64,000 nt of DNA, taken from NCBI RefSeq assembly GCF_009914755.1, contig NC_060934.1; one strand, given 5' to 3'. This document shows positions 28,646-41,896 of this stretch, in pieces. Every line of letters begins with the position of its first letter. The stretch's first letter is position 1. Source of the stretch: the human T2T-CHM13v2.0 reference genome, Homo sapiens. The notes beneath the pieces were generated by a model, which was not told the origin of the DNA, made no database searches, and saw only the letters and a program-made list of their open reading frames with translations. The position numbers and the translations under genes are program-made.

Positions 28646-28692
28646 TTGTGAGTGTTTTGGGCCCTTAACCCTAAAGTTAAGCCACCTGTCAG

Positions 28693-29016
<324 letters not shown>

Positions 29017-29035
29017 TCAAAAATAAAAAGTACCG

Positions 29036-30658
29036 CTCCCTCTCCCTCTCCCTCTCCCCACGGTCTCCCTCTCATGTGGAGCCGAAGCTGGACTGTACTG
29101 CTGCCATCTCGGCTCACTGCAACCTCCCTGCCTGATTCTCCTGCCTCAGCCTGCCGAGTGCCTGCGATTGCAGGCACGCGCCGCCACGCCTGACTGGTTT
29201 TGGTGGAGACGGGGTTTCGCTGTGTTGGCCGGGCCGGTCTCCAGCCCCTAACCGCGAGTGATCCACCAGCCTCGGCCTCCCGAGGTGCCGGGATTGCAGA
29301 CGGAGTCTCGTTCACTCAGTGCTCAATGGTGCCCAGGCTGGAGTGCAGTGGCATGATCTCGGCTCGCTACAACCTCCACCTCCCAGCCGCCTGCCTTGGC
29401 CTCCCAAAGTGCTGAGATTGCAGCCTCTGCCCGGCCGCCACCCCGTCTGGGAAGCGAGGAGTGTCTCTGCCTGGCCGCCCATCGTCTGGGATGTGAGGAG
29501 CCCCTCTGCCTGGCTGCCCAGTCTGGAAAGTGAGGGGCGTCTCCGCCCGGCCGCCATCCCATCTAGGAAGTGAGGAGCGCCTCTTCCCAGCCGCCATCAC
29601 ATCTGGGAAGTGAGGAGCGTCTCTGCCCGGCCGCCCATCGTCTGAGATGTGGGGAGCGCCTCTGCCCCGCCGCCCCATCTGGGATGTGAGGAGCGCCTCT
29701 GCCCAGCCGCGACCCTGTCTGGGAGGTGAGGAGCGTCTCTGCCCGGCCGCCCCGTCTGAGAAGTGAGGAGACCCTCTGCCTGGCAACCACCCCATCTGAG
29801 AAGTGAGGAGCCCCTCCACCGGGCAGCTGCCCCGTCTGAGAAGTGAGGAGCCTCTCCGCCCGGCAGCCACCCCATCTGGGAAGTGAGGAGCGTCTCCGCC
29901 CGGCAGCCACCCCGTCCGGGAGGGAGGTGGGGGGGGTCAGCCCCCCGCCCGGCCAGCCGCCCCTTCCGGGAGGGAGGTGGGGGGTCAGCCCCCCGCCCGG
30001 CCAGCCGCCCCGTCCGGGAGGGAGGTGGGGGGGTCAGCCCCCTGCCCGGCCAGCCGCCCCGTCTGGGAGGTGAGGAGCGCCTCTGCCCGGCCGCCCCTAC
30101 TGGGAAGTGAGGAGCCCCTCTGCCCGGCCACCACCCCGTCTGGGAGGTGTGCCCAACAGCTCATTGAGAACGGGCCAGGATGACAATGGCGGCTTTGTGG
30201 AATAGAAGGCGGGAAAGGTGGGGAAAAGATTGAGAAATCGGATGGTTGCCGTGTCTGTGTAGAAAGAAGTAGACATGGGAGACTTTTCATTTTGTTCTGC
30301 ACTAAGAAAAATTCTTCTGCCTTGGGATCCTGTTGATCTGTGACCTTACCCCCAACCCTGTGCTCTCTGAAACATGTGCTGTGTCCACTCAGGGTTAAAT
30401 GGATTAAGGGCGGTGCAAGATGTGCTTTGTTAAACAGATGCTTGAAGGCAGCATGCTCGTTAAGAGTCATCACCACTCCCTAATCTCAAGTAATCAGGGA
30501 CACAAACACTGCGGAAGGCCGCAGGGTCCTCTGCCTAGGAAAACCAGAGACCTTTGTTCACTTGTTTATCTGCTGACCTTCCCTCCACTATTGTCCCATG
30601 ACCCTGCCAAATCCCCCTCTGTGAGAAACACCCAAGAATTATCAATAAAAAAAAAATT
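29036..30658 (+). mobile_element. Full-length SVA retrotransposon, SVA_F-like
   Basis: Short CCCTCT hexamer run (29036-29059), antisense Alu-like domain (about 29060-29425), GC-rich VNTR (about 29426-30150), SINE-R, AATAAA at 30644-30649 and an A-tail. Variants such as GGTTTTGGTGGAGAC, CCAGCCCCTAAC and GAATTATCAATAAA match my recall of SVA_F. Confidence 0.93.
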
Positions 30659-31720
30659 AAAAAACAAAAAACAAAAAACAAAGTTAAGCCACCTGGACTG
30701 CTGACCTGCAACATTAGCAGCCTCCAGGCAGGCTGGGGGAGGGGGGAATATATTTATATAAATATAAATCTCTTCTTTTGGGAGATTTCTCATAGACAAG
30801 ACTGAAGAAAGTTATCACAGACAACAAACAAGACTATGGACAAGTAGACAGAAGACAGGAGATGATGTTAAAGTCAAATCTCACCAGAGGATACCAAAAT
30901 CTAATCCAAAGATCTCAGAGATATTGAAGGGCTAAATCGATAATCACAGTTGGCTTATTTACCATCATTTGTGTAGGTTTAACTACGTGGACACATTTCC
31001 TCACATTGATTTCAGCACTGGAAGGGAACACTTAGTGATCATCTCTTTTCATAAATAAGGACCCTGAGATCAAAAGAGATTGAGTGAACTGACCAAAATC
31101 ACACAGAACTGGCTAGAACCAAACTCCTTAGTGATTATACTTAAATTAGCATATATATGCCATACACGTAAAAGAAGATATATAATATGTATGATGGTCA
31201 TCTGTGTTTAAAAAGGAGAGCAGCATCACGTGAACTTTCCATTAAAACCTGGGTGGCATCGGGGCAGGAGGACCTTGAATTAGGAAGCTGGAAGAGGGTG
31301 ATGAGGCTGGCAAGTTAGCCACAGGCCGAGGATAGGCTAGCCAGGGAGTGGAGAGGCTGCAGTGGCCAAGGTTCAGGAAGTTCATAGCAGAAACAAGGCA
31401 AGGCAACTGTGGCAGTAGATTGGGGATGTGACATCTACCAGGGACAGAAAATATGTGCTCTTTTCACTCTGCTCAGCCAGGCTAGAGCTGTGCCTACCCC
31501 ACAGCATGTGTTTGGAGCCTGAGGGAGACAGCAGTGTGCATTGGGGTCAGATAATTACAGAAGCATCTCCCCTCCATGTTTTCCTCTCTCCTAAAGACTT
31601 TGCTTGTTAACTCTGCATTTACAGGTAACCAAGCCCATATGATGGCATTAGTTAATGACTGACTGCTGTTTTTTTCCAAGCTGCTGTCAGGCAGATTTTA
31701 CTAATTAATTTCACTTAAAA

Positions 31721-31900
31721 TAGTGGTGTTCAAGCCTGACTGCATAGTAAAGTCATCTGGGGAGCTTAGAAAAAATAAACAAACTGATGCCAGAGCCCCA
31801 CCCCAATTAAATTCTGATTTAATTGGTCTAAGGTCCAAGCATTGATATGTTTGAAAAATTCCCCAGGTGATTCTAATAGGCAGCCAGGGTTGGAACCATG
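31721..31900. mobile_element. MER5A-like hAT DNA transposon relic
   Basis: CATCTGGGGAGCTT...TTCCCCAGGTGATTCTAAT...CAGCCAGGGTTGGAACCA with internal inverted symmetry. Confidence 0.7.
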
Positions 31901-32385
31901 GATCTAAAACATCAGGAAAAGTTTCAATGAACTAATTAATTGTTTTAAAACAGTTACAACAGCATTGTTTTCTTCACATCTGGCAATGTAATTCATAAAA
32001 CAATAATGAAATAATTTGCAGGATACAATGTCTTCATAGGATTTTCTCATTCTCATTTTTGCTAAGTCAACACATGGCTGAATTAAACAATCAATCTGAA
32101 ACCGATGGTTCCACTGAAGCTTCTTATAGCTTCATTACCTTCTTTCTCCAAATCACATCACAAAGATTTGATAGAGTAACCACCTCCCTCGACCTTCATG
32201 TTGAGGTGTCTGGACAGCACAGAGGCATGGTACTTAGAAAAGATTCCAGGACGCTTTGTTATCATTGGACTTTCTGTGCTATGGAAATTCAACACTGTGG
32301 GCTGGAATAACTAGTCATGTGGAACTCCTTCCTGCTTTTGTACCCTCTCACTTTTACTTGAGCAGAAGGTTAAAAGTATTGCTTT

Positions 32386-32495
32386 CTGAGAAGTCCCATT
32401 CGGTCACTCCTCTCTCTCGCAAGAGAGACAGCTGTTCTCCCTTTTCTTTTGCCTATAAACTTCCGCTCCTAAACTAAAAAAAAAAAAAAAAAAAA
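32386..32495 (+). mobile_element. Short retroposed ERV1-LTR-like fragment with poly(A) tail and TSD
   Basis: About 90 bp resembling the R region of MER41/LTR8-type LTRs, followed by A20. Flanked by AAAAGTATTGC(T/C)TT repeats at 32372-32385 and 32492-32505, at a TT|AAAA site. Confidence 0.7.
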
Positions 32496-33039
32496 GTATT
32501 GCCTTATTTTTCTCATCTCCTACTTCTTGTCTTTTTCTCTTGTTTCCGATTCAGGCATTAGAGAAGGCAAGGAGTTAGGAGTAGGAAGACTCAATGATTT
32601 ATAGAACTGGGGGTGTCATAAAAGGTCATTAGTTCAACCACCATCTGAGACCAAGAGACTTCCCCAAGATCACACAGCTAGATAGTCCTCGAACTGGCCC
32701 CGGAAGTGGGGGCCTCATTCTCCAGACCCATTCTGTTCAGGATATCAACTGGTTTTTCAAGACAGACTGAGCTCAAGGATGTTTGGGGGAGACTCCTCCT
32801 TCCCCGAGAGGGTCTCCATTCATCTTATCCTCGCCAAACGATATTCCTTCCGCTTGCTTCATTAACTGGCTCCATTTGTGAAGTCTTCTCCAAACCGCCC
32901 TGCTTAATTCGGGACACAGCAGCACCTGTACATTCCTCCCTTCCTCCTCGCTCTTTAGCCGCGTGCTGCTAATGCTTGTGTGTTTTCTATTGTTACATGC
33001 TTTCCCTCGTTGATGTGCATTTATTGAATGCCTCCTGTT

Positions 33040-34350
33040 GTCAAACTTCTAATAGGGAATACGAAAACAGAAGACGCCTCCGCTTGGCTGTGGGCCTGGC
33101 TGGGGATGAACCCCTGTAGCCAGGCCCCGGGGTCTCGCCTGGTTTCGGTACGGGCAGGCAGCGCAGGCCCGCGGGGAACGTACCCCGCACCGCTCCGGGA
33201 GAGCGGGTGTGGGGTTGGATTCAGGTCTCGGCCTGGCGAAGCGTGAGCGCCTCCCTGCACGGAGGGGAGGCCCCAGCGGTGGGCGCCTGTCCCCAAGGCC
33301 GCGCGGAGGGAGGCGGTCAGTCCAGACCGACTCGGCCGAGCTCCCGAGCTGCCACCGGTGACCACGACAGGAAGGCTGGCGCGCCGGGGGAGGGGCCTGG
33401 GCAAGAGCGGGAGGGGCGGGCGGAAGGACGAGAGGGAGGAGGAAAGACCCGCGGGGAGGAGCTGGGAGGAGACACCCGGGAGAAGGCGGAGGAAAGGGCA
33501 GGAAGCGGGAGGGAGCTGAAAGGAGGAGGAGGCTGAGGGGCGGAGCCGGGCGCTCGGGGAGAGTAGCCAGCAGAGGGGGTGGAGCCGGGCCTGGGGCGGA
33601 GCCAGGGAAGGGGAGGAGCGGGGGGGAGAGGCCTCTACGGCCGCCGCTGCCGCCGCCGCTGCCGGGGCGCGTTCTCCTCCTACCGGTCGGGTGCCCCGGG
33701 GCGTTCCCTCTGCCGCTGCTTCTCGGCGCGGTTCCTACCCGGCCGCTCCCCGAGGCGCGGGCTCTGGCGGCCTCGACCGACTAGGACGCCCCGTGCGCCG
33801 CCCGCGGGCCGCCGCCTCCCTGGGCGCGCGGGGCCAGCATGGAGCTCTTCCAAGCCAAGGACCACTACATCCTGCAGCAGGGCGAGCGCGCGCTGTGGTG
33901 CAGCCGCCGCGACGGCGGCCTCCAGCTCCGACCCGGTGAGGCTGGCGGTGCGGGCGGGGGGCACCCCGGGCCAGGGCGGGGAGAGGAGGGGGCGCGGCCG
34001 GACCCCTCAGCCGGGCGGGAGGAGCCGCCTGCGGGCCTGGTGAGGCGGGGCGGGGCGGGCTGCGAGCGCGCGAGCTGTCATTATTCCCTGACTGGAAGGA
34101 GCCTGGCCTTTCTCCGAGACAGCGCCGAGCCCCTACCCCAGTGCGGAGCAGAAGGGGCTGGCGACCCTCGTCCTTCCCACCGCGTCACGCGGCCGCCCTT
34201 GGGGCTTGGGGCCCAGGCCGAGGGGAGGGGGTCCCCTCCGGCAGAAAGTTCCAGCAAGGTGCACCTGGCCGTAAAGGCCTCTTCCTCCTTGGAGTAGTTC
34301 TTACATGGCCTTCGCCAGAAGTTCTGGGTTCGAATTCCGATCTGGAGCGG
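33040..34350. promoter_or_regulatory. INPP5F: CpG island / TATA-less GC-box promoter and 5'UTR of INPP5F
   Basis: Very high GC and CpG density, several GGGGCGG boxes (about 33413, 33537, 33593), a purine-rich G-tract region at 33380-33630, and no upstream ATG in about 33600-33838. The TSS cannot be fixed from sequence alone. Confidence 0.9.
33839..33935 (+). CDS. INPP5F: INPP5F (SAC2) coding exon 1, MELFQAKDHYILQQGERALWCSRRDGGLQLRP + 1 nt
   Basis: Translation matches the recalled INPP5F N-terminus. Strong Kozak context (agcATGg) inside a CpG island. Donor G|GTGAGG at 33935/33936, phase 1. Confidence 0.97.
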
Positions 34351-36698
34351 TTGCGCCAGTTCCGTCTAGGGCTCTGCTGGACACTCACTCCCTGTTGCCA
34401 TCCCGTGTGTTCTTGGTCCCTTATTATTAAAGGTGTGACTTTACTGTGGTTACCTCATAGGCACTCGGTTTAAAGCCTTTGTCTTTGACTTTAATACCAC
34501 AGCACAATTAAATTGTATTGTAATGTATAATTTTGAGATTTTTGTGTGACTTGATGTTGTGCGACACAAAATGTATTGTGGGTCCATGTTTGGGTGTCAT
34601 GTAAGCTGTTCGGAGAGGCTTAAGTCTGCAATTAGCTTGCTTTAGGAAAATGTGTGTGCAGTCGTGGTTTAAACAGAGCAGTCCCTGCCCTCAGAGCGCT
34701 GACAGTCCAGTTTCTTGTAAGATGGGGCTGGGTGGCACCTGCCCCTTTTGGCTTGCTAATCCTTTCCTCATATCACTCAGAGATTCTTCCACTTTAGGGA
34801 AAGCGAGAGGATAGAGTTCTTTAAGGAAGGAGCCAGAGCTTTTCAGACTTACTTGTAATTCTTATGTGCAGTCTAGACAGAAGGATTACATGATATGAAT
34901 TGAAAAGGATAAAAGGTTCAGATGAGCTTTTCAGATCACAGCGTGGTATCACTTATAGGATGGTTTTTAAGGACAGGCCCTTTAACATATTATTTCCAAT
35001 CCCCACAGCAACCTTACAGGACACGTGTGGGATCCTCTTTTTCAGGTGAGGAGAAAGGAGTGAGAGGTTATTAGTAACTCGTTCGGGGTCACAGCCTAGA
35101 GTTGAGACACTGACACAGGGCAGTTCTGTGACCTCCAGAACACTTTTGGGCAGGCCCCACTGCTTTCTTAGGAAGGCCTACTAGTTGCTTTGCCAGAGCA
35201 GTGAAGGATAACTTATTTTTTTCCTCAGGCTCTGTCTATATTTTCTTGCTATTACGTTGTATTTCCTCTTTTCAGAATGGAGGATAAACTCCTTGGCCCA
35301 GATAAAGTTCTTGATGATCTCGGGATAGAGTTATTATGGATAGGCTAATTTTGGCCAGTCTTCTGTCATTCTCTTCTCTGATTTGACCATTTGTCTGGCT
35401 TTCTCCCCTTCCCTCCTTTCACTCCCCCAAATTTGGGTAAGGCTTCAGTACAGCTTGAAGTAAAGCAGATTTCAAAATTCCTAGGTTGTCAAAAGAGTCA
35501 ACTCCTTGGATTCTAAAAGCTTAGACTATTAGAACTGGATGGGACTTAAGATCGTCTCCAACTCATCTGACAACAAACTTTTCTACACCCCAGTTTCTTG
35601 AACTATAAAGGCTAACCTGCGCCTAGATTCTTGGATGAAGCCATGCAGTTTGGATTACTGTTTGTTCAAAGTCCATGTCAGAAGGCAAATTTAAAACTTT
35701 TTTTGGGGAGGAAAGTAGCTATAGCCTTTGCACTTGAGATTGGCATACTTTTTAGAATATAGCGGGCCACAGACCAAGTAGACCAAATGTCTGGAGGAAG
35801 GAAGAGGCCATGTTTCAGAAGTAACAGCCAGTTTTGATCTTAAGGTGTTCAGGATAGCCAGGGAATAAAGAATCCCATGCACTTGATTTTCCTATAGTTT
35901 ATCCTGTCCAGGACTGAAGATCCTTTCTAACTAATGGCTATTTAAGAATGGCATTTTAATTGAATAAGTGCTTTTCAGATCTTTTTCTGTATATGGAATC
36001 ATTTAAAATTCTCTTTATTTTATTGGACTTTTCCCCTGTGCTTTTATGGCAAGTTTTGCTGCTGTTTGTAGTGACAGCATTTAAAATCTTTCATTGTTTC
36101 CTACTGGTTATTTAGCTGAATAGATTACTAAGTCCTTTTCTTTTTTGAAAGGGCAGTATTATAAGCTCAAAAAAGCTTGTGGGCATCGTGGTTTTTACAT
36201 TCGTGACTATTGAACAACCTGAAACAAGAGTTTTCCTTTTTCTAGAGACATCAGAAGGATAAGTAATGATGATATTTAAGATTAAAATACTCATTTATTT
36301 AGCCTGGAATGTTTGTTACTGTCAACCCCTTTTCCTACCTAGTCCATTCCATAAGACCCAGCTCAGATGCTACCCCTCATCCTTGGGGCAGAATTATTGG
36401 CCACCTTTATTGTGTTTCCAGGCATTTTCTACACTTAGTGGACACTTCAATTCTAACCCTTATGCATCATCATAATAAAAGTTTGCCTACTTCTTCCCCG
36501 GTGGGAAGTCCCAGTGTGTTCCCCAAGGCAAGGGCTGTATTTACTCCTCATCTTGGTGTCTCTAGGCTTTAGAGTACTTAGGACAGAGAAGGCGTTTTTG
36601 TTTGAGTTGAGCTGAATTAAAGTTAAGTCTAAGTTCTCTCTCAGTAATATCATTGCCTTAAAAATAAGATGTTGTATTATGTTTGTTGCTCTTTTTAG

Positions 36699-36845
<147 letters not shown>

Positions 36846-37319
36846 TGAGTAGCTGGGACTACAGGTGTGTGCCACCTCACCCAGCTAATTTTTGTATTTT
36901 TTGTTAGAGATAGGGTTTCGCCATGTCGGCCAGGCTGGTCTCAAACCCCTGACCTCAGGTGATCTGCCCACCTCGGCCCCCCAAAGTACTGGGATTATAG
37001 GCTTGACCCACTGCGCCTGGCCTCTTTTTAGGGCTGTTTTGAATATATTTTAATTGGAGTGGAAAATCTCTGTCCATTTGGATGAGGAAATATGAGGAAA
37101 GGTACACCTGCACTTGTGTTATATTTCTATCTGATGTAGCATTATCTCATTATCTTTTTTTTTTTTTCTGAGACAGGGTCTTGCTCTGTCACCCAGGCTG
37201 GAGTGCAGTGGCGTGATCATGGCTTGCTGTAGCCCCTACCTCCCGGCACCAAGCTATTCCTCCCACCTCAGTCCCCCAGGTAGCTGGGACTACATGTGTG
37301 TGCTACCACACCTGGCTAA

Positions 37320-37499
<180 letters not shown>

Positions 37500-37657
37500 T
37501 AACATTATTTAAACTTTTTCAGGTTTTTTTTCTCCTAGTTAAAAAACCAAGTATTGTTTTTTTTCTGGTGTTTCTAATTTTTTTAAGGGTAATGAGTAAT
37601 CTGTATTCATATATAGCAGTTTTTTGATAGATGCTTAGATGCTTATGTCTGTTGTAA

Positions 37658-38045
<388 letters not shown>

Positions 38046-38365
38046 TGAGAGTAGAGTCTAATATCTCAGGATAAGAATTGTAATTTGAAGATTCAAAAAG
38101 AAATATAATACAATCCACTTTGGGGGAATGCTGATATGGTCTTATCTCTTTGGTCTTAAAATTGCTTCCTCTAGTCCTTGTGGCTTTGTCTGATATGACA
38201 GTATTATATAATTTATAGCTGTGTGTAAATTATATAATAATTCACATTCTGTTCTGAGACTGAGCGACCAAGAAGAGATCTCAAAGCATCTGTCATACAC
38301 ATAACATTCATAAACATAGAAACTGTATATGGAAAGGTGATACTCTAAGTGATGAATCCCAGTGA

Positions 38366-38641
<276 letters not shown>

Positions 38642-39036
38642 TGAGCCACCGCGCCTGGCCTGAACAATTTTTTGAGGGATACTAGGTATTAGTTAGAATT
38701 CACAGAAATGTTAAAAATTTTTTCTGTTCTTCTTAGAGTTAATTTTTGATAATGAAATTATTTTTACTATGTCATATGAGGTTAACTTTTTTGAATGAGA
38801 AATCATAATTATGGAATTGAAATCCACCTGGAATTTTTTTTTGAGGTATCATTTTTGTGAAATGATTCTGTTTATTTGGAGTTTTGTGGCATTTGGTATT
38901 TACTTAAAAAAAAAAAAGGATTTTGAACTTTATCTTTTTAAAAAATTCTGTTTGTAGCTAGGCATGGTGGCTCGCGCCTGTAATCCCAGCACTTTGGAAG
39001 GCCGAGGTGGATGGATCACTTGAGGTCAGGAGTTCA

Positions 39037-39252
<216 letters not shown>

Positions 39253-40389
39253 TTACTAAAAATTTGCAAATTACCATGACAGAATTTAATAGGGCACTTT
39301 AAATTACATATTAAATGGCTTACAAAATCTTTCTGATCATTTTTGTTGTTGAATAACCAGGTTTTTTCTTAGTGTATTTAGTCTTCAGTTTTTATAATGG
39401 GTTACTAGTTTTATATCTTGTACTACTTTTTACTCCATATTTTATATTGCTGACAGGCTAACAGTTGGGTTGAATAGATCTGTATGTTTATTTTTATGCA
39501 TGTACATATTTGTATGACTACGTTTATTTCCCATTTAAAGGTAGAAAAGACTTATCTTTACAAAGTTTTCACCCCACCCATTTTTGGCTTAAATAAAAGA
39601 AGACAAGTGGTTTTTTTTTTTTTTTTTTTTAGTGTAGACAGCCCAGGCTGGAGTGTGGTGGCATGATCTTGGCCCACTGCAACTGCAACCTCGGCCTCCA
39701 GGGTTCAAGCGATTCTTGTGCCGCAGCCTCCTGAGTAGCTGGGACTACAGGCGCCTGCCATCATGCCTGGCTAATTTTTTGTATTTTTAGTAGAGACAGG
39801 GTTTCGCCACGTTGGCCACACTGGTCTTGAACTTCTGAGCTCAGGTATTCTGCCTGCCTCAGCCTCCCAAAGTGCTAGGATTGCAGGCGTGAGCCACCAC
39901 GCCTGGTAGGAGTACAAAGTCTTTCTAAGGTGACTGACAATTTTTGGAATCAGGTTTTACAGATTGAGGGAGGTTTTTGTGTATATTTTGTTGTCTACAT
40001 CATCACCTGAGATTAACAGTAGCTAATAATAACAGCTTTTATTTCTTGAGCACTTTTCTTTTTTCTTTTTTCTTTTTTTTTTTTTTTTTGAGACGGAGTT
40101 TTATTCTGTTGCCCAGGCTGGAGTACAATGGCATGATCTCGGCTCATTGCAACCTCTGCCTCCCGGGTTCAAGCAGTTCTCTCTGCCTCAGCCTCCTGAG
40201 TAGCTGGGACTACAGGCTACTGCCACCATGCCTGGCTAATTTTTCTATTTTTAGTAGAGACGGGGTTTCGCCGTATTGGCCAGGTTGGTCTTGAACTCCT
40301 GACCTCAGATGATCTGCCTGCCTCAGCCTCCCAAAAGTGCTGGCATTAAAGGCGTGAGCCACCGCAACTGGCCTGTAATCTCAGCTGCA

Positions 40390-40600
40390 ACTGAGCACTT
40401 TTCTGAGCCAGACACTGTTCCATGACCTTTACATGTATTATTTCATTTCATCTCCACAGTAAACCTTGGGAGGATGGTTTCATTATTATCCTCATTTTAC
40501 AGATGAGGAAACTGAGGCACAGAGAAGTAATTTGCCCAGGTTCACAGAGGGAGAGCCAGGCTCTAACCCAGTGTTTGACTCTAAAACCAGGTTTTCCTCA
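40390..40600. mobile_element. MIR relic (similar relics near 4700, 8700, 23250, 31050, 32650, 48600 and 57200)
   Basis: MIR core CATTTTACAGATGAGGAAACTGAGGCACAGAGAAG. Confidence 0.75.
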
Positions 40601-41896
40601 GTATTGACAAAAATGTTTTGTGAACCTTTCTACCTTCTTGACTACAAAGTGATAGGATTTATATTTTCATGGGTAATAGCTGAAATGTATCTTTAGCTAT
40701 CCTAATCATTATAGTGTAGCCTATATGGAGAATTAAATAGCCTCTCAAATGTCAAAGCAAGCACATTAAGGAAGGATCTATGTAGAAAGAAAATGCTAAT
40801 AGTGTGATAACTAGTTTGTTTGTTGATCCTGTGCCTGCATTGACTTTCTTGCAAAATTCATATAGTTACAGGGAATGTTGTTATGTAATGAATTGACTAG
40901 TAGTAGTTTTTCCAGCTACGGTCAGTTGATCAGGTTTCTCTTCTTAAGTGTTTGGAAGATCTGCAGTTTGGGAAGGGAATAGATACAGGGGAGATCTTTG
41001 AGCAGATGCATTGACATGTGTACTCATTGGGAACTATTTCCTCCAGTGATGAGCAACCTGAAGCCTTTCTCAGTGTAGCTTTTCAAGAGTCCTAGATCCA
41101 ATTTCATAGACATCCTTTCAGAGCATGCACAGCAGAGGTGAAATGGAGGAGAAGCGTGTAGGGCAAAACTACCTTCTTCAAAGAAGGGAGAAACTTTGTA
41201 GAATCACTGGTTCCTAGACGCTTGTGTTTTGGCCAGGCCCTGGCCAGCAAAGGCTAGCCAAAGGCATGCTTTGGAGGAGAGGTAGTATCAAGTTTTTTTA
41301 GAGTAGACCGTGAAGGTGCCAGAAACTAAGGTGCACTGACAGCTTGGTCTATGGGGAACCTGGCTGCATTGGTTCAGGTCCCCACTTGTCCCACTTGCCT
41401 GGCCTAAACACACCCCTGGCACGGAGAAAGAGGATGAGACTCACTGCTGGATCCCTAGCACCTGGCCCATAACAGGTTTTTTGTGAAAGTTGTACTGAAT
41501 GAATTGAAATAATTCTAGTCCCTGGTCTACCTTCTATAGTTTAAGCAGCAAAGGGGTTGTAGGGACGTTTAAAGGGAGAATATAAGAACAAAAGACTAGA
41601 ACACACTGCCTCTCTTGCCACCTAAAAAAGTCATGCAAATTTCTCACTGTCATTTTATTCAGTGAAGCAGGAATCTCACTCTTAAGCCTGTGGAATTCAT
41701 TAAATTTGTTTTCTTTCTGAATAAAAATAAATGGGACCCATAGACATCTTTGTTTTTTTCCAAACCGGCCCTTGTGCAGAGAAGGTTGTTGTTGCTAATT
41801 TTAGTCCTTGTGATGTATGGTGGAATTTATTCATGTATTTGCAGATAATACTGGACTACTGGAAAATCAAACTAGTTTGATCAAACTAGTTTGGGG

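Noticed and set aside
33839-34297. 152-aa ORF starting at the INPP5F ATG
   Set aside because: Only the first 32 codons are exon 1. The rest is read-through past the GTGAGG donor into GC-rich intron, where stop codons are rare.
33021-34473. Overlapping Arg/Gly/Pro-rich ORFs on both strands
   Set aside because: These are a by-product of CpG-island composition, mostly with non-ATG starts and no recognisable domain.
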